Assembly: GCA_964016885.1 (NCBI GenBank)
Contig: OZ024745.1
Location: 17,670,001 to 17,734,000, forward strand
Source of the DNA: Eledone cirrhosa
Lineage: Eukaryota
Direction: 5' to 3'
Length of the DNA stretch: 64,000 nt
The notes under the pieces were generated by a model. That model was given only the letters and a program-made list of their open reading frames with translations. It was not told where the DNA came from and did not search any database. The position numbers and the translations under genes were made by a program. Positions 30,365 through 42,388 of the stretch are shown one piece after another. Within the stretch, counting starts at the first letter, position 1. Each line of letters starts with the position of its first letter.

Positions 30365-32976
30365 ATTCAAGGGGGCCACGAAAATGATCATGATCATGGC
30401 CCTTCTATGTCTCAGATATTCGATGAACATTTAGCAAAGAGAAACTCATCTAAAAGCGTAGATCACTATTTGCACTATTTTACACAACCACTTAACACAA
30501 ACAGAATTCATGTGTTCCGCAATAGTTCCCAATTTAAAAAAAAAATCTTGTAATTAAATAGATACGATTAGATATAAAACTCTAATTGAGGAAGCATTCT
30601 TTTCCAACAAGTAACAAAGATGAACATTTCGATTATATTTAATTCAATTTATTGTGGAGTGATTAATACTTCGCAAATTACTTGATCTGAGACTTTGTGT
30701 TGTCGCTGAAGCATTTACTCCGTGTGATATATCATTGGAAAGATTTAAGAATATGTATTTATATAACAAATGAATAAGTACGAGGCTGAGTATGTAGGAG
30801 TGATGCTAGAGCTGAGAAATATTTTATGAATTAATTCCCGCATTCCAGGGACAACGTTGATAACATGAAACTGATTTGGTCATTATAAAGAGAGTATCTT
30901 GATCAGCCAATGAAATTTTCAGGCAACTCTTATACTATGAAACACTTTCGTCTCACTTCTGAAACAATTTCACTACTGAAGGATGAGTAGAAACTTAAAA
31001 ATAATAATCAAGAATACCGTTGTGTGTGTTTGAGTGTGATGTAATGGGAATCATAGGTCCTCCCAAAAAGAAACTTCTTGGAACTTTACAAACTATTCAA
31101 AGCTTGGATAATATTTGTTAGTGAATGAGTATGTGTGAGGTTGAAAACTTATATGTGTGGGTACCTCATATTTAGAGTTAACCAATGTTGTCTTTTTCAT
31201 CTGTAAATAATTGTGCCATATTTAATGCATAAGAATTATACGTTTATATGAAGCTTATTTTGTTAATAAAATACATTTCATTGTTGATACTTTGATGTTC
31301 TACTGGTGAATCTGAGCTTTCTTAGAAATGGAATATTTAAACCTTATTTATATCTGTTGTACACATGTAATCTGACTACTTAATTGGATGTGTCTACACT
31401 TCTCATCACTAATTCTCTGACGGTGTATGGTGACTGTCTTGCAATATGACGATCTCGTATCTTCTATGTAATCTTGCAGGTATTTACAGTATATTATCTC
31501 ATAGATTACGTTCCAGAATTGCTGATGAAAATTTTCTTTTACTGTGAACATTTATCTATCTCGGAATTTGAAATCTGGATATTTTGCAACAGTGGCACTG
31601 GAGATTCGTTTATGGATTTGTACCCCAGTAGATATATATTTTAAAAATTGGGGTATTTCAAATAAGTATGTTTTAATGTTTGTTGGAAAGTCACGACTTG
31701 ATTGATTCAATATGGTTAATATCTGAGAACCGTATTAAATATGACACAAACCAAAATGTTGTGACTATAACTACTAAGATGGTGACTCTACACATCAATT
31801 TATAATAATGAACTCAGATGTTTAAAATGGGACCAGCCAAAACACGGTTTATTTAATTCTGCTTTCCAACACGTAGTTCTTACGCCTGAGGCAGTCGAGT
31901 ATGTAGTTTGCATTAAATGTGATTAATATATTTACTGGCATATAAGTTCGATTTTACATGTTAGTACTGAGATTTTCTTTAAAGTCATTAATTGATCGGG
32001 TTATTCCGAACGTTTCAAGACAGTTTATTGTTGGTTGTTACGAGCAGAGATAGAATTGGCAAGAATTCACTCATTTATAACTGAAATGAAAATGGAAAAT
32101 GGAAAGCGGTATTCAAAGATTGCGAAATGAGTTATTGATTTACATTGCAATTAATTGAGATTTCTATCTACTACAATCATAGTAAGATAGTTTAACAGCC
32201 AGCAATAGAGTTGTTGCTAATATATTTTTACTTCATTTTATCAATAATATGATTGCATAATTTCAGTTAAACGACCTTCAAATGTTATCTATATTTCTCT
32301 ATTTCCCCAAATTCTTCACATGCATTGAATACTTCAAGATTGTATTTACTTATAGAAACCCTACCTTACACATGTCAATGAATACCGGAGATTGTGATAG
32401 GAAACTAGCATTATGATCGAATTTATTTAAAATGCTATTAAATATATATTTAATATATTCCGACATGATAACTAAATAGTCTTTAAATTGATGGCAACAA
32501 ATATTTACAGAAACTCAGCTGTTCATAATTTTAAGTATTCTCGTTCTTGAAATGTATGTATATATATATATACATGACCCCTTAGCCTTTGTCAAGGCAG
32601 AATTCTAGGAGAAGGAAAACTCTGATATAACACCTGCAACCCTGATGGTATCCAATGATGTTGACTTGTTCTTCTTTTTGGTAAATATCATCTTGGTTAA
32701 GAGAGTGGGACTGGCTTTGTGCAGTGCCTTTGCTCACTATAAAAGCTTCACGGCACAGGCATTGCTTTATATCTGGAGATCTCTCTGCACTTGTCCTCAC
32801 ATGGTACCATGGGCCCAGCACTATGTGTCAATAATTGTCACAAGTGTAGTGTTTGTACCAGAGTTTTCAAGTCGCTGGCTGGACTAAAAAGTCACACTCG
32901 TTCAGCGCTTCGGTAGGGGTTCTCCTACATGGATATAAAGTAGTGGCCGTACTCGAAAACGAGTTGGCAGCCACCA

Positions 32977-33015
<39 letters not shown>

Positions 33016-33127
33016 TGTGTGCGTGTGTGTGTGTAATCATATATATATATATATATATGATTACACACACACACGCACACACGCACACACGCATATATAT
33101 ATATATATATATATAGGAACCAGTAAG

Positions 33128-33221
33128 ACCCCGACAGCTGAGCTCAAGCCGTTTCGACGGCTAATTCTGGACTAAATGAAAATTTATCCTGGTATTTAAA
33201 TAGCCGATCTTCTCAAGGGGT
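33128..33221 (-). ncRNA. Type I hammerhead ribozyme, U3-A8 core variant
   Basis: Minus strand: stem I ACCCC/GGGGT, core TTGAGAA, stem II GATCGGCTA/TAGCCGTC, GAAA, stem III ACGGCT/AGCTGT with palindromic TGAGCTCA, GTC cleavage triplet. Confidence 0.75.
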
Positions 33222-33358
33222 AATTCCATATATGGTCAAAGTGATTGTCAAAAATCAGTAGTAATTCTGTGGTTGCAAATTAGTAGGGGAGATGGTGGCT
33301 AAACCTGCCAGTAGGAGAAAGAGGGGAGGGGGTGGAGTAGACCCAACAAGTAACAAAG

Positions 33359-35548
33359 ATGAACATTTCGATTCATTTCACCCGCACCATGCGAAAACAC
33401 AACATTGACTTCTCTACCAAGAACATCCCAATCCCACCGAAAAAACTCTACCTTCGGATGCTCACGCAAAAAATTGATCTATTTGCGAAAAGACTTAGAT
33501 GGAGTACTTTTTTCTATGACAGATGTTGCGACAACCAGGACTTCGGCGCCAAGGAGAGATTCGGATTTATTACCTACAAATCTCCGCCCCTGAACCCCTT
33601 GCTCGCACCCTTCGAGAATGACCTCTTCCAGCTGGTCAGGAACATTAAATTTAAACCCAGACACAACCGATTCCTACAAAAACTCCGTAGCAACTTAACA
33701 AAGTATGATAACACAAATGACATCATGGTGCATTCGGATAAAACTGGGAACCTATACTTTGTCAACCCTGACAGATACCACACACTGATCAGGAGCAGCC
33801 TAAACTCCACCTATAAAAAGGCCAACCACTCTTGTATCGAGGACATAAATCGAGATGGACAACAAATCACCTCCAGCCTCGGGGTCGCCGACCGCACGGA
33901 ACCTCTAGACCCACGGACACCATACTTCACACTGAAGGACCATAAATCCGATTTTGACCGTAAACCCTCCATCAGGCTTATTAACCCAACGAAGTCCGAC
34001 ATAGGGAGAATCAGCAAAAAAATCCTAGACCGCGTGATACCAAAAGTCAAGCAACACACCCGACTTAGCCTATGGATCAACACCCAGGAAGTAATCTCCT
34101 GGTTCAGCAATATGGAGGATAAACGAGAAACTAAATTCATACAGTTCGACATAGAGAGCTACTATGCTTCAATCACCTTACCGCTACTTACTGCCGCCTT
34201 GGACTTCGCCGAAACACTCGTGCCCATCACCGACCAGGAAAGAAAAATCATCCTCCACGCCAGGAAGACAGTCTTACTCTTTGACGACTCTAAATGGATA
34301 AAAAGAGCTCCCGACTCACCCTTCGACGTCAGCATGGGCGCCACGGATTCGGCGGAGGTCACTGATCTTATAGGATTATTCCTAATAGCCAAACTCACTG
34401 ATATGTTTCCTGCATTCGGTGGTGGATTGTACCGTGATGATGGGCTCCTTACCCTTAAAGGGTACAACCCCAGTAGTACAGATCGGGTCCGGAAACAATT
34501 AATCAGATTCTTCCGCGACTGGGGATTTAAAATAACCCTACAAACGTCCCTGACCCGAGTAAACTTCCTGGACGTAACCCTCGACCTCGAAAACGACCTG
34601 TACTATCCATACAGGAAACCTAATGACAATCTGCACTACATCCACCGCCGATCAAACCATCCTAGGAACATCACAAACAACCTGGTCAAAAACATCTCCC
34701 TCCGCATATCCCGTTTGTCAGCTAATGAGCGGATATTCGATGAACATGCGCCTTATTACAACCAGGCCCTCAAGCGGAGTGGTTTCCGGGAGGAAATATC
34801 CTACTGTCCAGCCCCCATTAGCGGAACCAGCAGGAGACACCGCCGCTCACGCAATGTAACATGGTTCAATCCTCCCCACAACGCAGAGGTGACTACTCCC
34901 ATCGGGAAACTATTCTTTAGGCTCATTGAAAAACACTTCCCATTACAACACCGCTACCACAACATAATTAACAAAAATACCATCAAACTCTCTTACAGCA
35001 CTACACCAAACTTCGCACAAAACATCGTCTCCTCTAACAACAAAAAACTCAACCCCGATGGCAGAAATAACCTAATTAACAGTGGAGAACCGACCAGGAG
35101 GTGTAACTGCCCGGATAGATCTATTTGCCCACTCGACAATAGATGCAGAGACCGTAATGTGATCTACCAGTGCAACGTGAGGACGGATACCTCCAACAAA
35201 GCCTATATAGGACTTACCGCATGTGACTTCAAGACCCGGCTATACCAACATAGACATACCTTCCGAAACCCGGCCCGGCGTCACGCCACTACACTTTCGG
35301 GCCACATATGGGACCTCAAGGACAACAACATCACCTATGATCTCACTTGGAGATTACTGTCCAGAGCCAATTCTTACACGGGAGGACGCCGTCCGTGCAA
35401 TTTATGCTCGGAGGAAACTTTACAAATGCTGTTTTCGACGGACCAACTCCTAAACAAGAAAGATGAACTGGTTACTGCATGTAAACATAGATTGCGTAGG
35501 ACTTACCTCGCCCTCAAACCCCATAATGACCCGGGGGGGGTAGACTAG
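33359..35548 (+). CDS. Penelope-like element polyprotein: reverse transcriptase plus C-terminal GIY-YIG endonuclease (729 aa, native start probably 33389)
   Basis: Uninterrupted ORF. STKNIP, SDKT, RLINP, FDIESYY, SMGA, YRDDG, NFLDV, SNHP, linker CNCxxxxxCPLxxxC, VIY..YIG, R..QH, CNLC..E, LLNK..E..CKH. Confidence 0.95.
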   Translation: MNISIHFTRTMRKHNIDFSTKNIPIPPKKLYLRMLTQKIDLFAKRLRWSTFFYDRCCDNQDFGAKERFGFITYKSPPLNPLLAPFENDLFQLVRNIKFKPRHNRFLQKLRSNLTKYDNTNDIMVHSDKTGNLYFVNPDRYHTLIRSSLNSTYKKANHSCIEDINRDGQQITSSLGVADRTEPLDPRTPYFTLKDHKSDFDRKPSIRLINPTKSDIGRISKKILDRVIPKVKQHTRLSLWINTQEVISWFSNMEDKRETKFIQFDIESYYASITLPLLTAALDFAETLVPITDQERKIILHARKTVLLFDDSKWIKRAPDSPFDVSMGATDSAEVTDLIGLFLIAKLTDMFPAFGGGLYRDDGLLTLKGYNPSSTDRVRKQLIRFFRDWGFKITLQTSLTRVNFLDVTLDLENDLYYPYRKPNDNLHYIHRRSNHPRNITNNLVKNISLRISRLSANERIFDEHAPYYNQALKRSGFREEISYCPAPISGTSRRHRRSRNVTWFNPPHNAEVTTPIGKLFFRLIEKHFPLQHRYHNIINKNTIKLSYSTTPNFAQNIVSSNNKKLNPDGRNNLINSGEPTRRCNCPDRSICPLDNRCRDRNVIYQCNVRTDTSNKAYIGLTACDFKTRLYQHRHTFRNPARRHATTLSGHIWDLKDNNITYDLTWRLLSRANSYTGGRRPCNLCSEETLQMLFSTDQLLNKKDELVTACKHRLRRTYLALKPHNDPGGVD

Positions 35549-35675
35549 GGCTATAACACCCCAGTTGCCGATTTTGCAATGGGTAACCCCTGCTTGCCAA
35601 GGAAGACGTAAGATCTTCTTTGTATTCTTTTATCGCTTCCTTTATTTCCTTCCCCCCTCTCTCCTTTGTCCTTCT

Positions 35676-35789
35676 ACCCCAGCTCTTCTCCTTTGTCGGC
35701 GTCTTTTCTCGCCCACCCGAGGCTGCCCTTTGACCCCAGCTCTTCTCCTTTGTCGGCGTCTTTTCTCGCCCACCCGAGGCTGCCCTTTG
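35676..35789 (+). repeat. 57-bp perfect tandem duplication in the PLE 3' UTR
   Basis: 35676-35732 is identical to 35733-35789. Confidence 0.9.
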
Positions 35790-36702
35790 GCCCCATGTAG
35801 CCTTAGTACCCCCCCTCCCCTAGTCTTTGATAGATTTGGCGGACTCCGCCCTTTATAGCAGTTGGCTTAGACCCCGGATACTTTCCCCCTTTTTCCGACC
35901 GCTCCCACTATTCTCTGTGCCCTCTATATTTCTTAGTGGCACTTATGCCTTATTTTTTCGTTTCAGTATTTCTTGCTTCGCTTTTCTTCTGGGCGGGGTG
36001 GATTCTGAATTTATTTCTCCGTACTCTACCTTTATTTCGTACGAACTTTTCATGTAGCTTGTTTTAGATCTTTTAGAGTTAGCATTAGTATATATTTTTC
36101 TCGGGACTCAGAATTATTATCTCGTACAAGTTCACTTTGCCGCACTGGGTCGTTGCTGGCCCGGGATGGAAACCTTTATTGTTTATTTCGTGGTAGTCTC
36201 TTTAGTATTTTGGCCCCTTTTGTTGACCCGTCACCGTATCATTTACGTACTTATACCTCTTAAAAGGGTCCTTGCCTTATCCGTCCCACCTAGTTCTCTT
36301 ACTTATTTCCTTATTTATTTATTTATTTATTTATTTACTTCTTCCTTTCTTTCTTTATTTTATTCTCGCCTAACAATAGCCTGACACCTAGGTCGTAGAA
36401 TTTAATTTACTTTACTTTTTTCTTTACACTTATTTGCTTTTCTTCACTCTCAGTATTTTTTCTTTCCTATTTCTACCCCCCATTGTTCTACCTACCGTTC
36501 CGACTTCCTCCCCCTCCCCCTCCCCTGTATCTTCTTTGACCTCATGCCCAGCTGTAGCTGGCACTACCAACGCTTGATTGGGTCTACTCCACCCCCTCCC
36601 CTCTTTCTCCTACTGGCAGGTTTAGCCACCATCTCCCCTACTAATTTGCAACCACAGAATTACTACTGATTTTTGACAATCACTTTGACCATATATGGAA
36701 TT

Positions 36703-36796
36703 ACCCCCTGAGAAGATCGGCTATTTAAATACCAGGATAAATTTTCATTCAGTCCAGAATTAGCCGTCGAAACGGCTTGAGCTCAGCTGTCGGGGT
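36703..36796 (+). ncRNA. Type I hammerhead motif in the 3' pLTR (C3-A8 mismatch)
   Basis: Same fold as 33128-33221 but the core is CTGAGAA. Predicted cleavage after C36791. Confidence 0.65.
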
Positions 36797-37299
36797 CTTA
36801 CTGGTTCCTATTACCCACTCTACTACCTCAAGTATTGAGTACTTTGGTGCGTTATGGTCCACCTGGTTCCTTACTACATTTCCTTCGTTATATATATATA
36901 TATATATATGAAAACAAGGATTAGGTAGGGTGTGAGGGGTTACCTCCCTCACACTCTACCTAATCCTTTAAATAAATTAAATATAACCCAGCAAGAATTG
37001 CTTCCCCATGCATATTAACTCTCTAAAAAGGGAAATAATATCAAACCACCATTTGCCTCCTTCGCGGAACCATGGTTCAACTAAGCACTCTTGCGATATT
37101 AACACATTTTGAACTGCTTAACTTCAATGACTGTTTGTAAATAACATTAACCTTTCTTCCACATTGACTTTTTACGTTCCACATTATGCACGTTTTTTTT
37201 TTCCTTTTTCTTTTTACTTTTCACTTCTTAAACCTTGTTTGTATATAACATTATTCTTTCTGCACCTTCTGTTTAACATGTGCGACACCACACTAATAC

Positions 37300-37499
37300 N
37301 NNNNNNNNNNNNNNNNNNNNNNNNNNNNNNNNNNNNNNNNNNNNNNNNNNNNNNNNNNNNNNNNNNNNNNNNNNNNNNNNNNNNNNNNNNNNNNNNNNNN
37401 NNNNNNNNNNNNNNNNNNNNNNNNNNNNNNNNNNNNNNNNNNNNNNNNNNNNNNNNNNNNNNNNNNNNNNNNNNNNNNNNNNNNNNNNNNNNNNNNNNN
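37300..37499. other. Assembly gap (200 N)
   Basis: Run of n. Confidence 1.
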
Positions 37500-37544
37500 C
37501 TCCATCGTGTTAAAACTGGTCTTTGTGTGTGTATGTGTCTGTGA

Positions 37545-38124
<580 letters not shown>

Positions 38125-38864
38125 TGAGAGAGAAAACTACTTAAACTACTTTCTTAGACAATTTAAAACGGCGCTGCCCCAATATACTTACATAAGTTGC
38201 ATTTTAGAAGAGACTAAAATCTATTAAAAGTGGATCAAGTATTTAAGACGATTATTCTATTCGATAATTAGGGTTATAAATTAATTTCAATCTATTATAT
38301 GGTTCCTTTTCGTTCATTGTTTTGTTAGTGTATTGCAAATTTGTTCAAACAATAAACCAATTGTAATGATATATGTTTGTTCCATTGGACAGACATCGTA
38401 ACACAGCCCCATGGAAATAATTATATACCTGTCAGAGCAATTCGATTTTGCACTCGTCACAAAGAAGATAAGAAGATACGACTTGGTGATATTTATTACT
38501 AAAATTACAAATCTATTTTTCGTGTAAAGCGTGAATATATTCGGTGATTTTGGTAAGCTGAAATATGATTAGCTTAGCTCAGCAAATGTAGATTCATATG
38601 CACATTCAATATTCACAGAACGCCTTACGCAGAGTTCAATTTTCATGCTGTAGACAGACAATCGTTAAACTGGAAAATACAGAAATTCCCCCTATGTTCC
38701 CCAAATCCTACTGAAAAATACATAAATCAATTAAAAGATAATTTAGAATTATGCCTTTTTGATTATATTGTGTATATATTTTGAATTTGTATCTCATGAA
38801 GTTGATTTATTTAAATATCTTGTCAATATTCTGAATAATTAAAACAATCCTACAGTGGAAATAA

Positions 38865-39028
38865 ATTGTTTCTACTTTAGGCACAAGGACAGCAATCACC
38901 CAGGGCATTACTGGTACTATTTTTTATAAAGTCAACCGCGGCGGGATTTGAACTCAGATCGTAAAGGGACGTAACTATGCTGGAAAGCATGGCGTCCGAC
39001 CCTCTACCGATACTGCCAATCCACCACC
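38865..39028 (-). mobile_element. SINE family A copy with TSD
   Basis: TSD TA(C/T)AGTGGAAATAA at 38851-38864 and 39029-39042. Confidence 0.88.
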
Positions 39029-40129
39029 TATAGTGGAAATAATACATATACACCAGTATAAATGATTTTTCTTTCTTTAAATACTTTTTCTTTCTTTCTC
39101 GTGGAAATAAATTACTTCTTTATATATACATGAAGTGGAGTGATATTCTAGATTACTGTCTGTTATATTTCATTATTTCATACAAATGTTACTAATTCTT
39201 GTTCTGTAATTCCGATATTGTTCCTATTATTATATCTTTCTAGGTCTACACAGAATTCTCAATTCAGTCGCATGTATAAATACTTGAAGGCATAAAATTT
39301 CGATTGGGAATTTAAAGAAAAAGAGAATAGAGATTCCCATGCCAAAATTAATTTAAAGGAAGTGTTTATTCAATTGAACACGATTTTCTAGAAACCTAAT
39401 AATGCTTCCTTGATTCAGCATATTCTCCAGGTATCATTAATTTCTTGTCTAACATTAAAACATATTTCTGTGAAAACTTAATTGGTTTATAGCAAAACTT
39501 GTTCTATTGAGATATTTCAATTGCAGATCCGTCACTTGCAATGAAAATTATATAAAAAAAACAATTTATACTGAAACAAGTAAAAATAGTACAATAGGAT
39601 TCGAATCGAAGAGAAATTCTATTGGAAAACCCAAAACATCTTGTTGAAGGCTGTACATGTGCGATTCATGAACTGACGCTGTAACTAGTTTCCTGTTTTA
39701 ATATTCGTTCTGAGCTTTTTCTAATTTAATTTAATTAGTTGAAAATCGCCTACCAATTCGCCTAACTAATTCAGCATTAGCTGTGTATAGCATGTGTATA
39801 AAATTCATTGTTCGTTAGCTTTGTGTGAGAAAGGAATTTACCTGATCAGATGAAAATATGAGTTCTATTTCTGGCAGTTGCTGAGATAAATGTTGATATT
39901 AGTTTAGTCTTCTATTGGTTATAGAAGATTCATTAGATTGCGTATTTAGGATTTTCAAATCTCGTACTAATTGTAAGGACTGATAGGTTTCTAACCACTA
40001 ATTAATGTGATATGGTAAAAAACACAGAATCGCACATACATACATATATACGTACATAAATGCATACATACATACATGTTGGCTGAAAACTCTGCTAATA
40101 GTATATCTGTGACGTTCGGATATGGCTTT

Positions 40130-40960
40130 TCAAGTCTGCTAGTGACTTGCACTTCTTCGCACATCGACGACAACCAGGAATATCCCTGACCTCAAGTCTT
40201 GCATCATGTTACCTGTGGACCTTCACTGATTGTTTCTGAACACGGCTGCGACTGTGGCCCCTGAGTCCAGATTTGCTCAAGCAATCTTTCCACACTCAGT
40301 GTAATGGATACACCGATCGTTTCAAGAGATACGCCAGGGCATTGCTTACGCACATGCCATTTGATCTTCTCGTGCTCTATGCGACTGTCCTCAAAATGAT
40401 GGACCCCTCATTCATAATTCCACGCCAAGTTTCTCTTTCAAGTGCTTCTATCTCCCTGTCAGCCACTATCACACCAATCTTTTTTATGAGTGCTTTACAC
40501 AATCTTTGAATCGGAGCGTTGCTTTGTGAGGTAGTCTCTTACCTTTACAAAGCTCACCGTAAAAATTTGTTTCGGAATCCGATCATCCTTCATCCTGCAG
40601 AGGTGTCCGGTCCATCGCAAACGTCGTTGGTGGTTGATACTTTAAAATTCTCCGACACACATTTTTATCAAGAATATCAACATCACTCACATGTATCTGC
40701 CACTTGATACCGAGCATGTTTCTGAGACACTGCTAGTAAAATCGCTCCATTCTTTTGATATGCCATTTGTACACACGCATACAGCAATGCTGACAGTACA
40801 TATGCAGCACACACTTTCAACTTGGTCTTCATTGTCATTCTCTGCCTGCACCAAAGACGGTCGTTGAGCCTTCTAAATAACTCACTTGCTTTGCTCACAT
40901 GCAGACCAACTTCTGCACCCAGAGAGCAGGTCACACGCAGAGGACTCCCCAATTACACAA
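40130..40960 (-). mobile_element. Decayed RTE-clade LINE 3' fragment
   Basis: SKASELFRRLNDRLW..TKLKVCAAYVLSALLYAC, then RRLRWTGHLCRMKDDRIPKQI in another frame. Confidence 0.8.
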
Positions 40961-41494
40961 TGTGTCAGGAACCTTCTGCGTTTGACCGTATACTTATATG
41001 GAGGGTTCATTTAACACGTTATCCTAAGCAGGTTGTTGGTACATGACGGCAGTCGTCTTCATACATATATACAAACAGACATAGATACAAACATACAAAC
41101 ATACAATCATACAATCATACATGAATATATGCATGCATACATACATCAATACATATATACATACACACATACTAGACACAAAAGCATATGCCATATGGTT
41201 ATGTATATTAAATATGCAATATACTGTGGGTATTTTTATGTATGAATTGCTATATCAGTAAACATGGAAGGCCGTCGAAGACTAACATTTCCTTAATTTT
41301 GCCGCCTGTGACATTTTCTTACTCGTAAATGAGGTTAAAAATATTAGGCTATATATAGATAGTTGCATACATGTATGAAGATGGCCGTTTGTATATACTG
41401 TGGGGTGAATGGACAGGTATTAAACACCAATAGTATTAATGCTGCATTATTAAGAGAAGAGAATATGTAGGCATATACAATATGTGTGTTTATA

Positions 41495-41920
41495 GTGGTT
41501 TCTTATTTAGGCACAAAACCAAAAATTTAGGGAGGATTAAAGTCGCTTAGTGAAGGCGCGTGGCTGAGTGGTAAGAGAATTGGATTCACAACCATGAGGT
41601 TGTAAGTTCGATTCCTGGAACGGGTGATGCGTTATGTCCTTGAGCAAGACACGTTGCTCCTTCTACTTGGAGTTGCGACCGATAGAAATTATTATCAATT
41701 GGAAAGACCAACGGAAACATTGATACCTCGGTCCGATTTGACGAAAGTCGATCGACTATACATATAAAGTCGATTATATAAAACCCAGTGCGTTAGATGT
41801 ACTTCATGTTATCGACCATGTAAGGATGAAAGGCAAGACTAACACATAGCGTAAAGGGCCATAACTATATACCGAAGATCATGATGTTAAATGCACTACG
41901 GATAGTGCCAACTCACCACC
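41495..41920 (-). mobile_element. Older SINE A-related copy interrupted by a family B SINE (41552-41760, + strand)
   Basis: Outer halves match family A. Insert has GTGGCTGAGTGG A box, GTTCGATTCC B box and GTCCTTGAGCAAGACAC. Confidence 0.75.
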
Positions 41921-42324
41921 ATATATTGTTTTATAATTAATATACATAATATGTCTTGCAGTAGATATTTTATTTCTGATCGATTTATACCTACCTCAGA
42001 AATCACACATGCCATTCACCCTCGGAGGGTTAAAAATAACGACTCACATAGATAGAAAAAAAAATGGAAATAAACCTAAGTTTCTAGCGTGATTATCAGA
42101 ATGTGTTAAAATGAATACCTTTGTTCAGAGGAAGAAGAAAGTAAAAACATTCAGGAAAACTATAACCACATGTCTATTTCCCCTGTGAGAAAAAACAATT
42201 GTTAAATAGGAAAGAGGCGCCTAATTGTATTCCAACACCTGTGTGCTGCTTTTGATATATATCATAAATACATACATGCACACAAACACACACACATTTA
42301 TATACACATACACCCCGCCCCCAC

Positions 42325-42387
<63 letters not shown>

Positions 42388-42388
<1 letters not shown>

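Larger units (their letters stand above)
33114..36889 (+). mobile_element. Penelope-like retroelement (Hydra-clade-like) with inverted 5' pseudo-LTR, inserted in (TA)n
   Basis: Single RT plus GIY-YIG ORF. 33114-33346 is the reverse complement of 36578-36810. About 1.3-kb 3' UTR, short tail to 36889, (TA)n on both flanks. Confidence 0.93.

Noticed and set aside
33359-35548. Naiad-type or selenoprotein PLE
   Set aside because: The endonuclease is C-terminal and the ORF has no in-frame TGA.
41552-41625. tRNA gene
   Set aside because: A and B boxes belong to a SINE head that continues into the SINE body. No complete cloverleaf.
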